A stretch of 64,000 nt of DNA, taken from positions 2,269,360 through 2,333,359 of the forward strand of contig OZ252105.1 of NCBI GenBank assembly GCA_965248455.1, given 5' to 3'. The notes beneath the pieces are model-generated. The model did no database searches and was not told where the DNA came from. It worked only from the letters and a program-made list of their open reading frames with translations. Positions 27,672 to 34,276 of the stretch are shown one piece after another. How positions within the stretch are numbered: position 1 is the stretch's first letter; each line of letters opens with the position of its first letter. This stretch comes from Dehalococcoidia bacterium (GTDB lineage: Bacteria; Chloroflexota; Dehalococcoidia; Lucifugimonadales; Australimonadaceae). Made by a program: the position numbers and the translations under genes.

Positions 27672-27690
27672 CCTGCTATCACAGTTGCTT

Positions 27691-28620
27691 ACGCCATAGC
27701 CCCAATGATTGCTACATTGGCCGCATACGTCGTTCCCCCGAATCCTACCGTCGTTCCCGCGAAGGCGGGAACCTCGCAGAGCTAGTCTCAGAAGTCTCCG
27801 CGCCCCTGTCAGCGGCAAAATGGTGCAACGCAAAGCGTAACAATGACTGGATGCGCTACGACATACGACTATCAGAGACGCTCTTGACACCCAATGTCGT
27901 CTTGGACGAACGAGGTCAAAGCCTTCGGTGCGACTTCTGAGACAGGCTCCGCATCCCTGTCCCCCTGCGTGACCTTCGGGCGGTTCGTGAACCGCCCGAA
28001 GGTCACGCCACCCCAAACGTACCCCCAACCCAACGACAACTGCCCATTGCGCCATCGCCCCACCAGCCCCTACATTGGTTGCATGCGTCGTTACCGCGTC
28101 CGATGGCCGTCGTTTCCACGAAAGCGGAGACTTCGTCCCTTACGGATTCTGCCGAAATGAATCAAAACGAGTCAGAATGAACCGGTTCTACGCCTGCCTC
28201 AGTCCTTCTGCCCCCTGCAGGTCCCTTCTCCCTTGAGGGGAGAAGGTTAGGATGAGGGTGAAGCCTCAAGCGCAGCCCTGGCTCCATCGCCCGCGTAGAC
28301 GATAGGAAATGCAACGAAATGCGACCAAATGCAACTGAATTAAAAGTTTCGCCACTCCTGGCCACTCCTGACGAGGCCAACCACGACCACAACCAGGGCC
28401 GGCTGGCCCACCGCATACGAGTGAGCGGAGTGCCAAACGAGGCCACGGTGACCTCATTTCCAGCCTCGCCGCTAGGAGTAAACGAGGCCAAACAGGGCCA
28501 AATAGGGCCAGGGTTCACCCCCCCCCCGTCGTTCCCGTGCCCGCATCTACGAGAGAAATGATAGGGAATGAGCGGAAATGAGCGGAGATTAAAAGTTTGC
28601 CACTCCTCGCCACTCCTGAA
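27691..28620. repeat. Mosaic repeat block R1 (two IS110-target cores/REP-like units, a 20-bp-stem palindrome, two 10-bp-iteron modules, a C10 tract)
   Basis: Its sub-elements recur at 38962-39445 and 45283-45810, in the opposite orientation. No convincing ORF. See findings for coordinates of the sub-elements. Confidence 0.75.
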
Positions 28621-28699
28621 CAGCCATACGTGGCCGGATGGCCGGTTCGCGAACCGCTCGCCCCTCGCTGATAGAATCACGATAGCAACTGGAGGATGA

Positions 28700-29758
28700 G
28701 TGCTCATGGTAACGAACGGCAGCGCGCCCCGCGTCATAGATCTGCGGAGCGATACCCTTACCAAACCAACCGAGGCGATGCGTCGCGCTATGGCCGAAGC
28801 CGAGGTCGGTGACGACGTCTACGGCGAAGACCCCACGGTCAACAGGCTCGAACGAACCGCCGCCGAGCTGATGGGCAAAGAGGCTGGGATGTTCGTCGCG
28901 AGCGGCACCATGGGCAACCTCGTCTCCGCTCTCGCATGGTGCAATCGCGGCGATGAGCTCATCTGCGGCGTCGACGCCCACCTGATCGTCAACGAGATGG
29001 GGGCGATCGCGGCGTTCGGGGGTGTTCAGATGCGCGCGCTCCCGAACGACCATCGCGGACTGATGGATCCGGATGTCGTGGAATCGACCATCTCGCCGGG
29101 AGGCTTCTTTCCGCGCACCGCGCTCCTGGCCATCGAGAACACCCACAACCGGGGCAACGGCGCTGCCTACACCGTCGAGCAGATGCAGCCGCTGACCGGC
29201 GTGGCCCGCGCGCACGGCATGGCCATCCACATGGACGGCGCCCGCATCCTCAACGCATCCGTCGCGCTTGGCGTTCCCCCTGCGGAGCTGGCGTCCGTTG
29301 CGGATTCGGTTACCTTCTGCCTCTCGAAGGGCCTCTCCGCGCCGGTCGGCTCCGTCGTCACCGGCAGCGTCGATTTCATCCAGCGTGCGCGTCGTATCCG
29401 CAAGATGACAGGCGGAGGCATGCGGCAGGCGGGCGTGCTCGCCGCTGCGGGCCTCGTCGCACTCGACACTATGGTTGAGCGTCTCGCCGACGACCACGCG
29501 AACGCGAAGCGTCTCGCTGAGGGACTGGCGAGCATCCCCGGCTTCAGCGTCGACCCCTCGACCATCGAAACGAACATCGTCTACGCCGAGCTGGACGACG
29601 GCGATGGCCCAGGCACGTCGAACCTGCTGCGCGAGCGCGGCATCCTCGGCAACGGACGCTTCAACTGGGTGCGGTTCGTGCCCCATTACGGCATCACCGC
29701 GGAAGACATAGACGAGGCGCTGGACGTTATCGCAAGCGTCACAAAGGTGGCAGTGTAG
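28700..29758 (+). CDS. ltaE: Low-specificity L-threonine aldolase (PLP-dependent, beta-eliminating lyase family)
   Basis: LRSDTLTKPTEAMRRAMAEAEVGDDVYGEDPTVNRLE and the PLP-lysine context FCLSKGLSAPVGS. 352 aa. Confidence 0.85.
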   Translation: MLMVTNGSAPRVIDLRSDTLTKPTEAMRRAMAEAEVGDDVYGEDPTVNRLERTAAELMGKEAGMFVASGTMGNLVSALAWCNRGDELICGVDAHLIVNEMGAIAAFGGVQMRALPNDHRGLMDPDVVESTISPGGFFPRTALLAIENTHNRGNGAAYTVEQMQPLTGVARAHGMAIHMDGARILNASVALGVPPAELASVADSVTFCLSKGLSAPVGSVVTGSVDFIQRARRIRKMTGGGMRQAGVLAAAGLVALDTMVERLADDHANAKRLAEGLASIPGFSVDPSTIETNIVYAELDDGDGPGTSNLLRERGILGNGRFNWVRFVPHYGITAEDIDEALDVIASVTKVAV

Positions 29759-29812
29759 GGAGTACACTCTGCCCACTCGACACCGTGCGCGCAGAGCGTT
29801 AGGAGGGTAAGA

Positions 29813-30874
29813 ATGCCGGTCATAGATGCGGACACTCACGTAGACGAGCCTGAGCAGGCATGGGAGTACATGACGGGCGCTGCCGCTCGATTCAAGCCGG
29901 TCACCATCTCCCCGCCGGAGGGCGTGACGCCCGGCGGCATTGATTCGTCAGCGAGCCGCTGGTGGCTGGTGGACGGCAGGATGCGCCAGCGCATGATCCG
30001 CAACGACGAAATGACCGGCACGACGCTGAACTCCCGCGAGCTGCTGGACGTGAACGAGCGCCTTCAGCACATGGACGCTCGCAACGTTGACGTGCACGTC
30101 ATCTATCCCACGTTCTTCCTCAGCTACATAACGGGGAACCCGGACGCGGAGGTAGCCCTCACCGATAGCTACAGCCGCTATGTCGCAGCGAAATGCGCTG
30201 AGACCGAAGGCCGCCTGCGATGGGTCGCCGTTCCGCCGCTGCTGGACATGGACGCCTCCGTCAGCTACCTGCGCTGGGCGAAGCAGAACGGCGCGGTTGG
30301 CGTATTCAAGCGCGGCCTGGAGCACGGCAAGCGAGCGAGCGACCCGTACTTCTTCCCGCTCTACGAAGAGGCGAGCGCCCTGGATATGCCTATCTGCATC
30401 CACACCGGCAGCGGCAATCCTACCGAGGCGCGCCTCGGGCACGGCGATGGCCTCGGCGGCGTCCCCATCATGGACGCCTTCCACTCGCTCGTCCTCTACG
30501 GCGTGCCCGACAAGTTCCCGAACCTCCGCTTCGGTTTCATCGAGGCAGGCTCGACGTGGATACCGTACGTGCTGGATCGTCTGACCGCGGAACGGAAACG
30601 GCGCTCGTGGATACGCAAGTTCGATATGCACGCCGACCTCTTCCGCGAGAATCGCTTCTTCGTGGCAGTCGACACCGTCGAGGACGTCGAGTACATCCTC
30701 CGGTTCGGCACGGAGGACAGCCTGATGATTGGGAGCGACTACACGCACTTCGATACGTCGGCTGAACCCGACGCCATCGACGAGGTGCGCCGGTGGGCAT
30801 CCGAAGGCCGGATCAGCGAGACGGTCGCAAGGAAGATGCTGGAAGACAACCCCAGAGCGTTCTACGGCATCTAA
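29813..30874 (+). CDS. Amidohydrolase-2 family metal-dependent hydrolase
   Basis: MPVIDADTHVDEP N-terminus, IGSDYTHFD near the C-terminus. 353 aa. Confidence 0.8.
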   Translation: MPVIDADTHVDEPEQAWEYMTGAAARFKPVTISPPEGVTPGGIDSSASRWWLVDGRMRQRMIRNDEMTGTTLNSRELLDVNERLQHMDARNVDVHVIYPTFFLSYITGNPDAEVALTDSYSRYVAAKCAETEGRLRWVAVPPLLDMDASVSYLRWAKQNGAVGVFKRGLEHGKRASDPYFFPLYEEASALDMPICIHTGSGNPTEARLGHGDGLGGVPIMDAFHSLVLYGVPDKFPNLRFGFIEAGSTWIPYVLDRLTAERKRRSWIRKFDMHADLFRENRFFVAVDTVEDVEYILRFGTEDSLMIGSDYTHFDTSAEPDAIDEVRRWASEGRISETVARKMLEDNPRAFYGI

Positions 30875-30981
30875 GTCTAGCCGCGTCCCGCGTCCAGCCC
30901 CTGCTGAGCCTACGTACAACGGGCGGCGGCGTTCCAGGAACACCGCCGCCGCTCCATGCCCCCACGAGAGAAACCAGAACT

Positions 30982-31446
30982 ATGCCCGACATGCAAGCGC
31001 CAGAACGCATCGACCCGCAACGTTTGGGGGATTACCTCGATGTGATGAGCAAGGCCGTCTTCCAGACGGGCATCTCGTGGCGCGTCGTGGAGAGCAAGTG
31101 GCCCGGCACGCAGGAAGCGTTCCACCATTTCGACGCGGAGCGAGTCGCTGATCTGACGCCGGTGGAGATAGACGAGCTCGCCGTCGACACCCGCATCATC
31201 CGCAACCGCAAGAAGATCGAATCGATCCAGCACAACGCCCAGCGCATGCTCGACCTCGAGCGGGAGCACGGAACATTCCGCGACTACCTGCGGTCGAAAG
31301 CGAGCTTCACCGACCTAGTGAAGGACATGCGCAAGAACTTCAAGTTTCTGGGCGACATGGGCACGTACTACTTCCTCTACGTTGTAGGCGAAGAGGTTCC
31401 GCCTCACGAAGAGTTCATGAGCCAGCGCAAAGGACGCGCCTCCTGA
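30982..31446 (+). CDS. tag: DNA-3-methyladenine glycosylase I
   Basis: I chose the internal ATG at 30982. YLDVMSKAVFQTGISWRVVESKWPGTQEAFHHFD...IIRNRKKIESIQHNA matches the Tag family pattern. Confidence 0.8.
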   Translation: MPDMQAPERIDPQRLGDYLDVMSKAVFQTGISWRVVESKWPGTQEAFHHFDAERVADLTPVEIDELAVDTRIIRNRKKIESIQHNAQRMLDLEREHGTFRDYLRSKASFTDLVKDMRKNFKFLGDMGTYYFLYVVGEEVPPHEEFMSQRKGRAS

Positions 31447-31514
31447 CGGCTCGTCGGGTGCGGTGCCTTCCGGTTGGTTCAATCACGAGAGAGGCGCTGA
31501 AGAGCCGAATGCTC

Positions 31515-31866
31515 AAGGGAAAGCAATGCGCCGGAGCGACCTTTTGGCCTCTCCGGCGCTGCTCTCGTGCCCCGCCTTTGGGTGGGGCTCACCTTCCGCT
31601 CCGTTGCCGCTCCCGGCGATTACTGCCGGACTCAGGCCCCCCTGATTGGTATTCCGGGGTGTGCGCCTGCTAAGTGTGCACGGAGCTTCCGGCTTTCGGA
31701 TGCCCTCCATGACCGCGCTTGCGCCTAGATTGCGCTTACGCTGCCACGAGGGCCGAAAAAGGGAAGTGCCACTTATGGTGCAGTGCGTAGACCGCTCGTG
31801 TAACCATGGCAGACCTCCTCTCGTCCGACGCTCCGACCTTGGGGAGGAACTCACTCCTTCGGTCTG
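31515..31866 (-). ncRNA. Candidate unclassified structured RNA in the gap between convergent tag and rarA
   Basis: Minus-strand TTGACA (31902-31897) and TATGAT (31877-31872). Multiple nested GC hairpins. A 9-bp stem gcgccggag/ctccggcgc (31528-31536 / 31551-31559) is followed on the minus strand by attgctttccc. No protein-like ORF. Confidence 0.3.
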
Positions 31867-31958
31867 ATGCCATCATAGAGCACGCCTATCCGCACCTGTC
31901 AATAGCGGATGCGTCGAAATCCGGGAGATTCCGAGCGCCTGTGCAGCGTTACCCGACG

Positions 31959-33332
31959 TTACCCGGGATCGCCGCCTGTCCCGCGCGTCTTGCCCCACCA
32001 TGCCTCCAGCCGCTCGCGCACGATCTGCTCGTAGCCCTGCGTACCAGGCTCGTAGAAGCGGGTATTCGCGAGCTCATCCGGCAGGTTCTGCTGTCCCGCA
32101 AAGTGCCCCTTGTAATCGTGAGCGTACTTGTAGTCCCTGCCGTATCCCAGATCGCGCATCAGGCCCGTTGCCGCATTCCGCAGGTGAAGCGGCACCGGAT
32201 GCTGACGGCCCGTGCGCACCGCGCTCACCGCCTTATTGAGCGCCATGTAGGAAGCATTGCTCTTCGGCGCCGTAGCGAGATACACCGCAGCCTGCGCCAG
32301 CGGGATAGCACCCTCCGGCAGCCCGACGAAGTGCACCGCTTGCTGAGCCGCCACCGCGACAGACAGCGCCTGCGGATCGGCCATGCCCACGTCCTCTGCT
32401 GCGAGTATCACGATGCGCCGCGCGATGAACAGCGAATCCTCGCCCGCCTCCAGCATCCGCGCCAGCCAGTAGACCGCCGCATCAGGGTCGGATGCGCGCA
32501 CCGACTTGATGAATGCGGAGATGGTGTCGTAGTGGCTGTCGCCAGCCTTGTCGTACTGCGGCGCGCGGCGTTGAAGCGCCTCCTCCACCAGCGGGCGGTT
32601 GATCTCCTTCCGGCCTTCGGCGTCCTGAGGCGCGATCTCTGCCGCGAGCTCCAGGCCGTTCAGTGCGACGCGCGCATCGCCTGATGCAACATCCAGCAAG
32701 AACGCGAGAGCGTCCGGCTGGAGCGATATGTTCTCGTTCCCCAACCCGCGCTCCTTGTCGCTCAGCGCGCGCCGTATGACGTGCGAAACCTCATCATCGG
32801 CCAGAGGCTTCAGCGTGAGCACCCGGGTGCGCGACAGCAGCGCGGAGATGACCTCGAACGACGGGTTCTCGGTCGTCGCGCCTATGAACGTGATCGTTCC
32901 GTTCTCGACGTGCGGGAGAATCGCGTCCTGCTGCGATTTGTTGAAGCGGTGCACCTCGTCGGCGAACAGGATGGTGCCGCGCTCCTCGAGGGCCCGTATC
33001 TCCCGCGCCTCCTCAACGGCCTTGCGCAGGTCTGCAACACCGGAGGTAACGGCGGAGACGGCGATGAAGTGCGATTTTGTGAGGCCTGCGATCAGTTGGG
33101 CAAGCGTCGTCTTGCCGACGCCCGGCGGCCCCCACAGCACCATCGAAGGCACTTGGTCCGCGCGGATGGCACGCTCCAGCACGTGCCCCTCGCCCAGCAG
33201 ATGCTGCTGCCCCACGAACTCTTCGAGCGTCCGAGGCCGCATACGAGCAGCGAGCGGTGCATGCTCCGCCTCGTGCTTGCGGCGCACATGCTCGAACAAC
33301 GACTGGTCGCTCCGCATCCCTGGCGGCGTCAT
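31959..33332 (-). CDS. rarA: Replication-associated recombination protein A (AAA+ ATPase MgsA/RarA)
   Basis: 457-aa ORF with Walker A (LWGPPGVGKTTLA), Walker B (LFADEVHRFNKSQQD) and a family-typical C-terminal domain. Confidence 0.9.
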   Translation of the reverse strand: MTPPGMRSDQSLFEHVRRKHEAEHAPLAARMRPRTLEEFVGQQHLLGEGHVLERAIRADQVPSMVLWGPPGVGKTTLAQLIAGLTKSHFIAVSAVTSGVADLRKAVEEAREIRALEERGTILFADEVHRFNKSQQDAILPHVENGTITFIGATTENPSFEVISALLSRTRVLTLKPLADDEVSHVIRRALSDKERGLGNENISLQPDALAFLLDVASGDARVALNGLELAAEIAPQDAEGRKEINRPLVEEALQRRAPQYDKAGDSHYDTISAFIKSVRASDPDAAVYWLARMLEAGEDSLFIARRIVILAAEDVGMADPQALSVAVAAQQAVHFVGLPEGAIPLAQAAVYLATAPKSNASYMALNKAVSAVRTGRQHPVPLHLRNAATGLMRDLGYGRDYKYAHDYKGHFAGQQNLPDELANTRFYEPGTQGYEQIVRERLEAWWGKTRGTGGDPG

Positions 33333-33462
33333 ACCCGAAGGTTACACCCTTCCCGCCGTCATCGGGACGAGAACTCGCTGATTGTTCCTGATATGCCGTG
33401 CCACCGTGGGCGGGCATCGGAACGGGAGAAGCACGGGAGCTTCCGCCGAGTATAATCCCCCT

Positions 33463-34215
33463 ATGAACGTCCTCGTCAGGCTCTACGCCTCCTACCGCGA
33501 GACGGCAGGCGTCGCGAGCGTGAACCTCGCACTGAGCGATAGCGCGACAGTGACCGATGCGGTCGCTGCGCTCCTGGACGCCAAGCCGTCGCTGCCGCGT
33601 AACTTTCGGCCGCATCTCATTGCCGTCAATGAGGAGTTTGCGAACCTCGCCTATCCGCTCCACGACGGCGACGACATCGCGCTCTATCCCCCCGTGAGCG
33701 GCGGCATGAGCGTGCGCGTCGGCGCCGAAGAGATAGACGCGGGTGACTTGGCTGATGCGGTGCGGCGATCGTCCAACGGCGCAGTCGTCCTCTTCGAAGG
33801 CACGACGCGCGACAACACCGCAGGGCGGAGCGTCGAATACCTCGAGTACGAGGCTGATGAACGTATGGCCGCCAAAGTGATGGGCCATATCCTCGAGGAA
33901 ACGATGGTGCGTTTCTATGTTCCGGCGATGGCGGTGCAGCATCGCTTTGGCCGTCTCGCCATCGGTGACGTCAGCCTCGTCGTGGCGGCGGGCGCTCCGC
34001 ACCGCCTGGAAGCATTCCTCGCCGGCTTGTACGTCGTCGATCGCATCAAGCACGTCGTCCCCGTGTGGAAGAAAGAGCACTTCTCGGACGGCGGCGTGTG
34101 GGTAGGCGCGGCATGCGACCCGGAGACGCACTCTCTCCACCTCGCCGAAGCGCCGTACGCCGGCTTCCTCGCGCTCAGCGAGAACGACAACCTGCGCGTC
34201 CACACCCACGCTTAG
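33463..34215 (+). CDS. Fused molybdopterin synthase: MoaD-like sulfur carrier (ends ...YPPVSGG) plus MoaE catalytic subunit
   Basis: Residues 1-81 are ThiS/MoaD-like and end in Gly-Gly. They are immediately followed by a MoaE-like domain (VVLFEGTTRDN...VEYLEYEA...VPVWKKEHFSDG). I chose ATG 33463; TATAAT lies at 33451-33456. Confidence 0.8.
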   Translation: MNVLVRLYASYRETAGVASVNLALSDSATVTDAVAALLDAKPSLPRNFRPHLIAVNEEFANLAYPLHDGDDIALYPPVSGGMSVRVGAEEIDAGDLADAVRRSSNGAVVLFEGTTRDNTAGRSVEYLEYEADERMAAKVMGHILEETMVRFYVPAMAVQHRFGRLAIGDVSLVVAAGAPHRLEAFLAGLYVVDRIKHVVPVWKKEHFSDGGVWVGAACDPETHSLHLAEAPYAGFLALSENDNLRVHTHA

Positions 34216-34276
34216 CCCCACCGCAAGTAGCGACAGATAAGCCGCTTCCCCGGCTCAGTAGGCTGGTCGAATCGAG

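Larger units (their letters stand above)
26557..27690 (+). mobile_element. IS110-family insertion sequence (about 1.13 kb) inserted into a copy of the dispersed repeat core
   Basis: Flanks ...caacgacaactgcccc-TT and TT-acgccatagcccc align with uninterrupted copies (28031-28060). There are no terminal inverted repeats. The left end is long (174 nt) and the right end very short (about 19 nt), as in IS110-type elements. Confidence 0.8.

Noticed and set aside
27748-27778. Possible CRISPR repeats. The hairpin gttcccgcgaaggcgggaac resembles type I-E repeat stems.
   Set aside because: Copies are single and dispersed kilobases apart, in both orientations. There is no regular repeat-spacer periodicity and no cas genes in the window.
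31447-31958. Assigning the tag-rarA gap to RNase P RNA, tmRNA, SRP RNA or 6S RNA.
   Set aside because: A few local resemblances exist, for example ggagaggccaaaagg against the E. coli M1 segment GGAGCAAGGCCAAATAGG. The universal motifs are absent on both strands: GGAAAGUCC of P4, a tRNA-like TTCGA T-arm with CCA, and the SRP GGAAGCAGC-type helix 8. I therefore left it unclassified.
33333-33462. Moco riboswitch upstream of the moaD-moaE fusion.
   Set aside because: The only good -10 box lies 6 nt before the ATG, so little or no leader would be transcribed. I could not recognise the conserved Moco-motif helices.
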